DNA from: Chiloscyllium plagiosum
Lineage: Eukaryota
NCBI RefSeq assembly: GCF_004010195.1
Contig: NC_057718.1
Location: 24,672,159-24,736,158, forward strand
Length of the DNA: 64,000 bases
Direction of reading: 5' to 3'
Shown: positions 11,949 through 24,803 of the stretch, piece by piece
How the letters are laid out: the number at the start of each line of letters is the position of its first letter
Position numbering within the stretch: position 1 is the stretch's first letter
Notes under the pieces: generated by a model
What the model saw: only the letters and a program-made list of their open reading frames with translations
Database searches by the model: none
What the model was told of the DNA's origin: nothing
Program-made: the position numbers and the translations under genes

Positions 11949-14797
11949 AAACAGCTTTCATTCTATAGCAGTGCCATCACTTTGGACAAAAATACAGCAG
12001 CCCGCACCCCACCACCTACCCTCCCAAATTCAAGCCTGCTTTTATTATTGAAAGAAATTGCAAGCCAAACACCCAAGAGGTGACTGCATTAGTATTGCCA
12101 ACTCAAACTCCACTGTTGACTAACACTTGAAATCTGCCAAGCACGAAGTATAATGAGATTTACAGGATTTTTGAAGATTAGTTGAAATAGACATATGAGG
12201 CTACAGTGGTTAATACTAATCATCTAATCATAGTACTGGCAGCCACGCTTTCATAGATTGCATACATCGGGTGTATCCTCATTTCGCAAGTGACAAGTTC
12301 TATTTAAAGGTGTGCTATACCTCTTAATGAGAAGCTGAACTGTGGCTGCAAGAAATTGAGAGAGTTTTTTGAAATGTAAATCTGTGCTTTGATGCTTTAG
12401 AGAAGCATTTGAACATTTGAGAGAATAAACACCAAGATTTTTTGGCAATGCATTGTGCCTGCAATTCACAGCACTGACAACTATTCCACCATGACAGACA
12501 CACCCAACACAATCTTTGCCACTGCTTTGAGGTTACAGGTTCATTCAAATCCCATTTTGGAAAGCAGATATCTCAAGCATTCATCATCACTGATGTTGAA
12601 GCATTACAATTATTCCTTAAAGGTTTTGGCAGATATGGTCTGTTGCTGAGATCTTTTCCCTTCCTCCTCCTCTTCCAACAGATTGTCCTGCTCTGTGTGT
12701 CCTTTCTTCCTTTTCCCAGTCATGCTTAATTCCTAGATGATACCAAAGTCTGGAAGCAATTTCCTTGAATGAATGTTTTTGATCAAACAAAACAAAATTG
12801 CTTCAGTACCAGCCAAGCAACTCTCTGTAGACTATTCAAATTTTAGCCTCATATGGAAAAGCTCAAGATGTGAATACAATAAGATCACCAGTCAAGAAAG
12901 AATGAATCAGCAATTAATTTATAGGTAATTCATTTTCCCTTTAGCTTGTACATTATGGGGGTTTTCCATATCATTAGGTGCCACATTCACAAGTATAAGG
13001 TTATAACTAGGAACAAACTGCAACAGAATTGGAAAATGGTTAGTGTTGGTGATAAATCCATATTGCATGCTGATTCACGGAATGATGTGTATGTCCAAAC
13101 CACATTACCGACATAATGCCTGGCACACTCCATTGGAAATATGCATGTGCATTTGGGATCCAATAGTCCAACATTAGATGCATATACTGTCTCAAAAGAG
13201 AGAGCACTACAAAGCTCTATTTAGCTGACATAATGTTTTAAATCTGGCGTTTGAAGTAAAGGCAGAACCTCAATTTCATTAAATACAATTCCCATTTATT
13301 TTTAAGCACCTATGTGCAAACCTGTGCTTCTTGGAGTGCTTGTAGAAGAATAAATTGCAGGCACTTTGCTACATAACCTTAACAGACAGATTCAATCAAT
13401 GTAATTTGTATGCACCTTATCAAGCAAGCATCATCTTCAATAGAGTGACAAACTAAGGCATTAGCACCACAAGCACCTGACTGACATCACTGTCAAGCCG
13501 ATCACATCCATGACTGAAAGTTAAGGTTAGCCTGTGGTCATGATACTTACATCCACTGATGTGTGAAATGAGCAGGCCATTAATGTACTGCATCACCAGC
13601 ATGCTTTGAGAGCTTGAAATCAATCTTTGAAAACACTTTATAAAGATTATTATTCCCAAAATAAAGAGGAAGGCATCTATATATCTGGGTGGAACAAGAT
13701 GGCGCAAAATACTGAGGAAAATGGAAGCTAATGTGACGAGGCCTCTAATATACTTTGTTAATGATTGTTCCAGCAAAGACATATGCGAAAAACATGGGAA
13801 TCTTGTTTCTTTGATAGGCTTTTAAAAAAAAATCAAGTTCAAAGTGGAGCCAGCTCTGTTATCACTAAATTTTGAAATGACAGATACAAGGTCAGCTGCC
13901 TATGAAAAGCAGGAGAAACTAATTGATCCAGAAAAGATTAAAGGGCTCTGATCAAAACATTATGGAGGTAATAATGTCTTTGACACACCTACGGCACACC
14001 TCAGGGTAGGTGAGTCTTCATTGTGCAAGGAGCACGAAAGATGAAAACTACCTCCCTCTTTATAGTGACATGGATCATGAGTGATTGACAGCACTACCTT
14101 ATTACAACTGTGGCATTCTTCAGTAGACTGTTGGCTGGTATAAGAATAAAGATATGTTAACTTGATGTTGTCTTATTCTAATTGTGTGTTTTGTTTTTAA
14201 GTATTGTGACCTTTAATGCCAGTCATTCCATTTTCTATTTACTATTCCTAATGTAATTAAAGTCAGGTATTGTGGCCATGTATTCGTTACACAACCAAAC
14301 TCAATCTTCAAAAACACTTAAAACAGTACCTATTATAATTTCTTGCAAACCACAGGTCTGTGCATAGTATGGATTGTCTCATTCAGAGATATTTACAGCA
14401 GTTTGGTCTGTTAAATCTGGAAATACAATTCCATTACATGAGTGAATCAACTTATAACTTGCATTTTGTAAAGGACTCAGTCTGATCATGCTTTTTGAAA
14501 TTGTTGCTAAGCTCAAACTGTGAAAGATAAAAGCCCAAACCCTAACAAATGGTGGCATCTGCAGCAGAATACATAAAACCGACCCAAGGAGAATATACGG
14601 TATAATCCATAGGAAACAAAGAGCGAGTATTTACGTGCATGATGTCGTAAAACAAAGTAGAGGAGAGTTAGCTGTTGTGAAATGAAGGAAGTTAGTCCAG
14701 AGACAAAGCAGAGTAGCAAGACAGGCAACAGGACAGCCTAAAATAGCTGCAAGTCCAGATTTGTGGAAAAGAGGCAGCAGATGCCAACATGAGGAGG

Positions 14798-14970
14798 CCA
14801 TGATGTGGAGGTGCTGGTATTGGACTAGGATGGATAAAGTTAAAAATCACACAACACCAGGCTATAGTCCAACAGGTTTATTTGGGAGCACTAGCTATTG
14901 GCACACTGCTCTGAAAGCTAGTGCTTCCAAATTAACCTGTTGGACTATAACCTGGTGTTGTGTGATTTTA
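14798..14970. mobile_element. Short palindromic non-autonomous element (Penelope pLTR-derived)
   Basis: aaaatcacacaacaccagg...cctggtgttgtgtgatttt inverted arms; flanked by aacatgaggagg (14786-14797) and aacataaggagg (14970-14981). Confidence 0.8.
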
Positions 14971-16732
14971 ACATAAGGAGGAGCGGTGCAAGTGAAAGCC
15001 TGAAGGAAAGGATTAGGGAAACAAGGCTAAGAGAAGGAATTGACTGCATCATTATGAAGCAGAGCAACTTAAGGATTAGGAGATCAAAGAAAACAACACC
15101 CACATGTTTTCAAATGTGTTGAAAAAGGATTTTAAAGGCATTAATAAGATGAGTAGAGTTAATGCGGTCCAAATCTGCAAGTTGACACATAATACCAAAT
15201 GCAGTTTTGTACCAATGCTAAGACGGGCGGGAGGTTGTGCCTCTCAATTTGTAAAGGTGTGCCCCGACAATGCGGAAGATACTCTCATATATATCCAGGG
15301 GCATGGGTAAACACATACATGCATATTTCAATAATTACCTCTCATTGTTGGGCACAGGGGCTGGTGAATAATCCAGCCCAAAGTTTGTCTCATGTATTGT
15401 TGCTGAAGTTGACCCTCAACAGGTGTTAGGACCCAAATTTAGATTTGCCAGAGTTGGAATGTCAAAGAAAGGCCCTGCAAATTTACAACAGAACCAACAC
15501 CACCAGAAGTTTGGGAGACTGCCCTCTCACTGCTAAATAGATTTGCCTTAGTTCCAAAATATACAGCTACAATTTTCTTGCAAATTCCTGAAACTATATT
15601 TTTGATATTACAATAGGGACTATGCCTCAAATACATTTAATCAGCTGTATTGTGCTTTCAGACATTTGAGGTTGTGAAAAGTGCTATATTTGTCTTGTAT
15701 TCACACATCCAGTTGTGGTTCATAATTATCAGAGATCCAGACAACTATAAAACAAAGCCTGTATTCTCAACAGTTTTCTTTGGTAATCTCCAATTGTAAT
15801 TAATAGCAGAATCTCATTGTAATTATACCATTGAAATCTGAAATCAGTATTTTAAACAGAATACTATTCCAGTAAGAAATTTGAGCTCATTATATCGATG
15901 TAATACTTGCAAAACTAAACAAGGACCAATTTCTGGATCAAAATCTAGTGCCCTGAGAATCCATGAAAATCATCTGATCTATAACAGATTCAGACCATTT
16001 TGTTTTGTGAATCAGTGATTCTAAGTTACGCAGAAAGAGTGAAGTGGTTCTTGTCCAATTGCAATTCTACACAACTCCTGCTGCATTAAATCAAGGTACA
16101 GTGGATGAGGAATGCCAAGCCAAACAGAAACCAAGCCTTTCTCTGGACATCGAAGGTGAATTACAGTGAGAATTGTACCAGCACTTTGAAAAATTGAGCA
16201 AGGCTTATATCGAAATTGGGAGCAACTCAAATCTTGGATGGAGCAAATCTTTTATACATTTGCCAGGTGGTGTGACAACTTTCTCACTAGGCAGCAGTTA
16301 GTTGCCAATTAAGGGAAGTTATAGCTTCTTGAACACCTTATTGATGCAGCAGCTCGCTTCGTTCATATTCAGTATGCTACCTAAACAAATGTATGAGATA
16401 TTGAGGATTCTCGACATTGTGGTCAGAATGAGAACCTGATGGCTTCAGCTCACTGTTTGCTCCAAAGGATCTGCATGTTACACACTGCATGCCAACATCT
16501 CAGGGCAAACTCCGTCAGCACCAATCACACAAGCTGTACCTCCTTAACATCTAACATGCACCTTCCTCTGAAAACCCATTTGGTACATCTCCAATTCACT
16601 TGCAGTGTGCTTCTGTGCTTCAGTACAGTACTTCAGGTTGCAGCAGCTACTATCATTGGAATGCTGCAGCATGGATACTTTTGTTCAGGGACTCACACCC
16701 AGCTGATGGACCTGAGCAGAATGTATCTCTAG

Positions 16733-17188
16733 ATTGGAGTGGTATTTAAAAACACAGTAGGTCAGGCAGCATCTGAGGAGCAGGAAAACTGACATTTTGG
16801 GCAAAAGTCCTTCATCACAAATGAAGGCAGGAAGCCTCCAGGATGGAGAGATAAATGGGAGGGGAGTGGGGCTAGGGAGAAGGTAGCAAAGAGTACAATA
16901 GGTGGATGGGGGTGGGGATGATTCACCCTCCAGGCATCGGATGGTGAGGGAATTGCGGTGGAGGAGGCCCAGGACCTGCATGTCCTCAGCAGAGTGGGAG
17001 GGGGAGTTGAAATATTGGGCCACGGGGCTGTGGGGTTGATTGGTGTGGGTGCCCCGGAGATGATGAAGGGCTTTTGCCCGAAACATCAATTTTCCTGATC
17101 CTCGGATGCTGTCTGACCTGCTGTGCTTTTCCAGCACCACTCTAATCTAGACTCTGATTTCCAGCATCTGCAGTCCTCACTTTTGCCT
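16733..17188. mobile_element. Penelope-like element: inverted pLTRs around a GIY-YIG remnant
   Basis: Inverted arms 16733-16816 and 17062-17150; HLRGTHTNQPHSPVAQYFNSPSHS; 15-bp TSD agaatgtatctctag (16718-16732, 17189-17203). Confidence 0.9.
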
Positions 17189-17594
17189 AGAATGTATCTC
17201 TAGTCTGTTTGGTTCCTCTCTTAGAGTGAATTCACTTTGAGCCTAGCTAGATGTTCATACCTGCCTTGTGCTTTTGGCCTAGTTTTTGAACAAGCCTGTT
17301 CATCCAGACATATCAGGCTCACAGTCCTGTTGCATTGCCAGGTCATTTAAGGCAAACATATAGATTCCACCTGTCTACCATCTTCTCCAGCAGGACCTCC
17401 AGACCCTTGTCTGTCATGTCAGGAGCAGTGCAAGGCAGCTCTAGGTTGGCAGTGCTTATCTGCATACACAATGGCCTTTCAAAGATGGTGACAGTGCCAG
17501 AGATGTCTGTCAATTCTGGGATATCTCAGTGGCGGCAAATTGTTCTGCAAATGACCCTTGATAAGGTGGCTAGAATCAGCGAAGAGGGATGATT

Positions 17595-18263
17595 TATCCT
17601 TGAAAGTTGCAACCCAGGCTGATGGGGTTTTGAAGAATGCATACAGTGTGCTAGCTTTTATTGGCAGAGGGGCTAAGTTTCAGAACCATGAGATCATGCT
17701 GCAGCTGTATAAAACTCTGGTGCGGCTGCACTTGGAGTATTGCATACAGTTCTGGTCACTGCATTATAGGAAGGATGTGAAAGCTTTGGAGAAGGTTCAG
17801 AGGAGATTTACTAGGATGTTGCCTAATATAGAGGGAAGGTCTTATGAAGAAAGGATGAGGGACTTGAGGTTGTTTTTGTTGGAGCGAAGAGGTTTGAGAG
17901 GTGACTTAATTGAAACGTTTAAGATCATCATAAGGTTAGATAGGTTGGACAGTGGGAGACTTTTCCCTCAGATGGTGATGGCTAGCATGAGGGGGCATGG
18001 CTTTAGATTGAGGTGTGATAGATATAGGACAGATGTCAGAGGTAGTTTCTTTACTCAGACAGTAGTAGGGGTGTGGAATGCAGCCTGCAACAACAGTTGA
18101 CTTGCCAACTTTAAGGGCATTTAAATGGTCATTGGATAATTATATGGATGAAAATGGAATAGTTTGGGTTAGATGGACTTCAGATTGGTTTCACAGGTAG
18201 GTGCAACATTGGGGTCCGAATGGCCTGTACTTTGCTGTAATGTTCTGTGTTCATGTTCTATGA
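17595..18263 (+). mobile_element. CR1 LINE 3' end
   Basis: ORF 17558-18100 CR1 ORF2 C-terminus; near-identical to 1-522. Confidence 0.95.
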
Positions 18264-19317
18264 TGCCAAGGGGCAGGGTTGATAGTTAATGAGGTGAATT
18301 TGGTAAACTCCAGCAAGATATCACACGAGTCCTCACCAGCCTCCAAAAAACTCAACACAACTTGTCCTTAACCAAAAAAGTGTCAGATTTAACCCAATAG
18401 GTTCATTGTCAAGCACTTTCACAGAAGATTGAAAGCAATTTGATATGTCGAGCTCCTCAGTTAGAGTTGATGTGTGACCCAATACAGGAGAAAACTATAA
18501 ACTAGCATTCCTTGTTACTGTAGAAGATAGTGTATCACATCACTAAGATGAGTTAACATTGAATTAATTATGACAGCTTGGTATTTGTTTTAGTACCCAA
18601 CAATTAAACAGAACTCTAAGACTTCTGCTCCTTAATGATATTACAGTTAAATCTTGGCACATTATCAAGACTGATACTTTTTACTGTAGTATCAGTATTA
18701 TAATAATATTCAAAAGCTAGCAAACTGCATTGGCTACTGTTGTCCATAATCGATATTGTTTTCTAAGAAAAAGACTATTTTTGGGCTGTGTATCACAGAA
18801 GAACCCAGAAATATCCCTGGGGGTTCTGACCAAAACCATTGAATCAAAAGATATCAGGGACCCTGTTGCAATGGCTCCCTGTTGTTTTCTGGGATTTTCT
18901 GGTTGACCTTGTAAGGGATGGAGATTGCTCTCACTCCTCCTTCAAGGGGAGGCAGTGAAACAGTAGACTGTATTGCCTCCTCACATGAGAGGTTTCTTCT
19001 TCTCCTGGTATGTTTAGACATAAAATTGGCTTGTGAGACTTTATAAAATCATCATAGGATTATGCAGCACATCCTCTTGCACCTAAACTAGCAGCATGAA
19101 AAGCATAACCAATTTATCCAACTCACTTCATCATTCCATGCAGTTTTATAAATGACTCCTCCTCTAGTATTTATTCAATTCAATTTTGAAAGTTCCTTTA
19201 GGATCTGCACCCAGCAGTCTTTCAGCTGGAACAGTCCAGATCATCCCAACGCACTGCACTAAAATAATTCTCCTTCTCCTTTCACCTCTGGCTCTTTTGT
19301 CAATTAACCCTGATTAC

Positions 19318-20315
19318 CAAGTAAAAACAGATTCCGGAGATCTGAAATAAAACCAGAAAGTGCTGAAAAAACTCAGCGAGTCTCGCAGCATGGTTGGGAA
19401 TCTGGGCTGAGGATGTGTTAGGAGGGATGGAGAAGTGGGCCAGAGGTTCATAGAGGGAACAATTCTTGCAGAATGCTGATGAGGGAGGGGAGGGATGTGT
19501 TTGCTGGTAACTTCCTGCTGGAAGTAATTACCTACTCCCCACCATGACACCTTCCCAAGTACTGTAATTGCAGATGGTGTAACTCTTGCCATTTTACCTT
19601 CTCCCTCCTCACTGTCCATCAAACACACCTTCCAAGTGAAGCAGTGGTTTACTTGTACATTCTTCAATCTAATTTACTGACTCGCAGCATCTATTACAGT
19701 CTCCTGTACTTTGGTGAGACCAAGCACTGTCTGGTTGACCACTTTGTGGAACACCTCCACTCTGTCTGCAAGAATGATCCTGACAATCCAGTTGCTTGCG
19801 ATTTCAATAAATCATCCTACTCCCATTTCCGTCCGAGGCCTGCTGCAGTACTCTAGTGAAAGCCGGTTCAAGCTGGAGAAACAGATGTTCAGCTTCTGGC
19901 ACTCGTAGCCTTCAAAACTCAACATTGTATTCAACAAAGTCAGAGCATGCTCACTGTCCTCTAATTTGATTAACCCCCTTCACACCTCAACTTTGGTCAA
20001 GTCTTCTTTGCAGGGTTTTGCTGTCTACAAAGCTGGTCTATTTTCTACTATTCACATCTATTATTAACACATACTTTGCATCTGAAACTTTTCCCTGTTA
20101 TATTTAGCCGTCTCTTTGTCTTTTGCTCTGGGCAAATTCACCATCTGTTTTACTTTCTCCTTCTTTGACTTTGTAAACAGCATAAAAACCATTATTTTCC
20201 AGCCCCTTTAGTTTTGAAAGAAGAATCATATTAGGCTGAAAAAGATAACTCTGTTTTTCTCTCTTTCTATTCATCCTACCAAACCTGCTGAGCTTCTCCA
20301 GCATTTTCTGTTTTA
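19318..20315 (+). mobile_element. Penelope-like element with GIY-YIG remnant and inverted pLTR ends
   Basis: LLYFGETKHCLVDHFVEHLHSVCKNDPDNPVACDFN; inverted terminal segments; ctgattac on both flanks. Confidence 0.8.
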
Positions 20316-22095
20316 GCTCTGATTACAAATCCTTCAGTAAATGGAAACAGTTTTCCTTATTTGCTCTATCACAAACCTTCCCGATTTTAAATACATCAAT
20401 TAAATCTCAACAGCTGCCTCTTTTTTAAGGATAAAAAAACCTCTATTATTTTTATACCTGAAAATACTGTACTTAACGTAACTGAATCATTGTTATGATC
20501 TGGTTAGCAACCATTAACAATTAAAGCAAAATCCAATTACAGTGCTACACCACAAGATTTCACTTCTCTTAAAGAAAATAACCTTTACTGTATGTAAAAA
20601 ACTTAAAATAATCACGACAAATGTGATAATATGGTTTACAACTATGTATATTGCGCACACAGATATTGTTCCTACTTCTTCAAAGAATTCTGTCTTGAGA
20701 TACATCAATCTTAAAGTTATTTAATTTTATAGGGCACCATCCTTAAGTATGCTACAATCCTCTGGAGAATTCCAATCACCTTCAGCCACTCTCAGAGGTA
20801 AAACTTCTGTTTACCATCTCTTGATTGTGGATGTTTCATTTCCTTTATCTGGGTTATTCTCTCAGTAATGTGTAGCTCATTCAGTCCTATGCTTATTTTT
20901 CCCATAAGATTTAGTGGGGACCATTGTCGATTCTCCTACTTGTTTCAGTCTCAGCAACATCGATTCCTTCACGACGCTCAAAGTGAAATTAAGTATTTCC
21001 TGCATTCCACAAAATTTGTGGAGAAGCTAATCTTTACTCTGCTTACAACGCAAGTCTATCAGGCTGTTACTTAATTTGGCTGTCCTCTTTTACTGAGCTA
21101 TCAACCACATTAAGTCCAAACTGTAATTAACTTCCCAGGAAACATCCAACTGATTTGAAACAAGCAAATCTTCCTACATTCCACCCATCTCCATGATGAT
21201 ATAGCCTGCTCTAGACTGTCCTAAAGCCAACCTTTAGATAAAATAAATGGATTTTACAAGCATTCTGAATTCACTAAATGCTATTTGACTAATTGTTGCA
21301 TCATTACCAAACAAAACCATACCTCTGGAATGTGTATATTTTCAAGAAATTCAAACATCATATTCCCAGTTCTTCAGCTAAATGAGCTCAGCTACTATTT
21401 TAGGATCTTATCTTTCTAAACGTTCATCTCCTTAAACATATCGAAAAAACCTGAACGTTTTAAGTTTAATGAACTCTGAACTTGCTTTAGTTGCATTTAT
21501 CCATTTTTCCATTTATGACTTTTCCAAAATCAAAAGCCATATTCCAAAAGATAAAACCCACAACCTAGATATTGACAATAACATATAAACTTTCTTTTTA
21601 CATGATTTGTCTCAGATAAAGAGTAATGAGAACAGTGCCTCAGCCCTTGAAGGAAATATTACTTAATTCTAAAACAGAATTGGTTCCACAGTATTGAACA
21701 GATGGAGAACATTCTAGAGTCTTGGGGAGAAAGCTTGGGTATGCAAACATCCCATTGGTCAGTAGAGGAATGTTCCTAGATCGTTCTCATTGCCATGCAC
21801 TAGATACACATTCAGTATTCAAATGCAAAATCAATGTCTTTCTACTGACCCTGCACAGGCTGCATTCAGAACCAAAATGTTTTCAGTGATTTCAAGAATA
21901 AAGGTGCTTTTGAAATTTGTTTTCAACATACGTAGTTTTTGTTTTCAATGGATATAATGATCTTGATCATGTTTAGTTTCCAGTGAAATGTAATTTGAAA
22001 GCAGGTGGACTATTTAGTTCAGCCAATCCAGTAGCGGTGTAAAAGAAATCTGTGCTGCAATTAGCAAAGTCAGTAATAAAATTATTGATTAATTA

Positions 22096-22300
22096 AGATT
22101 TGGAGATGCCGGTGTTGGACTGGGGTGTACAAAGTTAAAAATCACACAACACCAGGTTATAGTCCAACAGGTTTAATTGGAAGCACTAGCTTCCGAGGGC
22201 TGCTCCCACAACCATCTGATGAAGGAGCAGTGCTCCGACAGCTAGAGCTTCCAATTAAACCTGTTGGACTATAGACTGGTGTTGTGTGATTTTTAACTTT
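22096..22300. mobile_element. Palindromic non-autonomous element with hammerhead-like core
   Basis: Long inverted arms; TSD ttgattaatta (22085-22095, 22299-22309). Confidence 0.85.
22216..22244 (+). ncRNA. Minimal hammerhead ribozyme motif, degenerate (GAAA mutated to GACA)
   Basis: CTGATGA-A-GGAGC-agt-GCTCC-GACA-GCTA. Confidence 0.6.
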
Positions 22301-22546
22301 GATTAATTAGTGCATTGTAATTTGTCAGGAGGTAGTTAGCTAGTTTGTTTGAATGGCTAACATGTGGTTCATAAAAACACACAATAGTGTGGCTTTGATT
22401 CCCATTCAGACTGAGGTAGAACACAGGAACCTGCCTCCTCACCCTGTCCTTGAGAGAGTGGGTAAGTTACCACCAACAAAATAACAAGGAAATGGCTCCG
22501 GATGACATATTAGCAAATGAGAGTGCCAAGAAACCATCTTTGGGAA

Positions 22547-23288
22547 AGTTATGGACTCGGCCAGACCACTCAAAACATTCTTAAGCAGGTAGCCCAGACC
22601 ATAATTGTGCAATTTGTTTCAGTACGTGTACAGTGAAAATTACTCGGAGTAAGTTAGCTAAGTTGACTCCCAGGTTTTAAAACAGACAGAAAAATTATTC
22701 ACAAGTTACACAATGAAACACAAAGAACAGAATAAAGAACCCCTACAGAATGCAGTCTATCCAAAATAGACTTAATTATACTGTTCTGAATATACACAAC
22801 AGTCCCAAGAAACAAACCACCTTAAAAAAACTGTAAATATGGAAGTTGAAAATCACAGAACACCAGATTAACCTGGTGTTGTGTGATTTTTAACTTTGTA
22901 TACCCCAGTCCACCACCGGCATCTCCAAATCATAAAAATGGAACAAATGCTTACAGGTTGAAGTTAGAAAGGAAGGAGGAGAGAGAGTTTTTGCAGCCTG
23001 TTCACATAGTCCACCGTTGAACTTCTAACTAGTTCTGGACTGAACTGCTCAGCTGGAGAGCTGACCACTCCCCTTTCATTATACAGGTCACTTCTAAAAC
23101 ATGACCACTTTGGCCTGAAGTCTCACCTTGTTACATATGAACAAAAAGGCCTCTCAATACCCTTTAATCTCTGTACCAGTCTAATCTAAACTGGGAGCTG
23201 TTTACGGCCCCTCTGAAAAAAAACCAAGGACACAGTATCTTCGAGAAAAAGAACAGCTTTTAGAAAAAATGTGACCAGCTTTGTGACA
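22547..23288. mobile_element. Solo LTR (Gypsy-like) with 4-bp TSD; contains a palindromic-element fragment at 22844-22932
   Basis: GGAA|(a)GTTATGG...TGTGACA|GGAA (22543-22546, 23289-23292). Confidence 0.7.
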
Positions 23289-23427
23289 GGAAGAACACAC
23301 ATAACATGAAACTACAACATATTAATTAACTTATGATCATTAATAATATTTATTTCGTTTGAAATCAAATTACAGCAACCTTCTCTCTGGTGCAGTTTTT
23401 ACAAATACAGCAATAAAAGTTAGACCT

Positions 23428-24108
23428 TATTGGATTCAGGATCAGTGGTGCTGGAAGAGCACAGCAATTCAGGCAGCATCTGACGAGCAGCAAAATCGAC
23501 ACTTCGGGCAAAAACCCTTCATCAGGAATAAAGGCAGAGAGCCTGAAGCGTGGAGAGATAAGCTAGGGGAAGGTGGGAGTGGGGAGAGAGTAGCATAGAG
23601 TACAATAGGTGAGTGGGGGAGGAGATGAAGGTGATAGGTCAGGGAGGAGAGGGTGGAGTGGATAGGTGGAAAAGGAGATAGGCAGGTCGGACAAGTCCGG
23701 ACAAGTCAAGGGGACAGTGCGGAGCTAGAAATTTGAAACTAGGATGAAGGTGGGGGAAGGGGAAATGAGGAAGCTGTTGAAGTCCACATTGATGCCCTGG
23801 GGTTGAAATGTTCCGAGGCGGAAGATGAGGCGTTCTTCCTCCAGGCATCTGGTGGTGATGGAGCGGCGGTGAAGGAGGCCCAGGACCTCCATGTCCTCGG
23901 CAGAGTGGGAGGGGGAGTTGAAATGTTGGCCCACGGGGCGGTTTGGTTGATTGGTGCGGGTGTCTCGGAGATGTTCCCTAAAGCGCTCTGCTAGGAGGCG
24001 CCCAGTCTCCCCAATGTAGAGGAGACCGCATCGGGAGCAACGGATACAATAAATGATATTAGTGGATGTGCAGGTAAAACTTTGATGGATGTGGAAGGCT
24101 CCTTCAGA
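23428..24108 (-). mobile_element. Young Penelope-like element 3' part: open GIY-YIG endonuclease reading frame plus pLTR
   Basis: ORF 23725-24153 FTCTSTNIIYCIRCSRCGLLYIGETGRLLAERFREH...FRLGTFQPQGIN; hammerhead motif 23498-23525. Confidence 0.93.
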
Positions 24109-24149
24109 GAGACCGGAGTGTTCAGGTACATAATTCGTTGAAATTTGCA

Positions 24150-24803
24150 TCACACGGATGGTTAAGAAGATGCAGTTAGCACACTTGCCTTCATTGCTCA
24201 GACCTTTGACTATAGGAGTTGAATGTCATGTTGAGGTTGTACAGGACATTGATGAGGTCGCTTCTGGAATACTGTGTGTAGTTCTGGTCACCCTATTATG
24301 GGAAGGATAATTACTAAACTGGAGAGGGTTCAAAAAAGCCTTACCAGGATTTTGCCAGGATGGGGGTTTAAGGTATAAAAATAGACTAGAAAGGCTGGGA
24401 CTTTTTCACTGGAGCATAGGAGGTTGAGTGGTGACCTTATTGGGGTTTAAGAAATCATGAGGGGCCCAGATAAAGTGAATGACAAGGGTCTTTTCCCGAG
24501 GGTGGGGTATCTCAAAACTTAGGGACATATTTTCATGGTAGGGAGACTAAGATTTAAAAAGGACATGAGGGGCAGCCTTTTACGCAGGGAATGGTTTGTG
24601 TGTGGAATGAACTCCAGAGAAAGTGGTGGATGCAGGTACAGTTACAACATTTAAAAGACATTTGGATAAGTATATGAATAGGAAATGTTCAAAAAGATAT
24701 GGGCCACGTGCAAGCAAGTGGGACTAGTTTAGTTTGAGAACATAGCTGGCATGGACTGATTGGACAGAAATGTCTGTTTCCATACAGTATGACTGTATGA
24801 CTT
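24150..24803 (+). mobile_element. HER1/CR1 LINE 3' end, decayed
   Basis: ctggaatactgtgtgtagttctggtcaccc; tail tatgactgtatga. Confidence 0.88.

Noticed and set aside
12618..12733. Minus-strand purine-rich stretch reading ELSMTGKRKKGHTEQDNLLEEEEEGKR...
   Set aside because: Weak polypyrimidine tract, no resemblance to RGS6/7, and wrong phase relative to the upstream exon; likely low-complexity sequence
13453..13782. 109-aa hydrophobic ORF
   Set aside because: No recognisable family or splice support; expected by chance in AT-rich DNA
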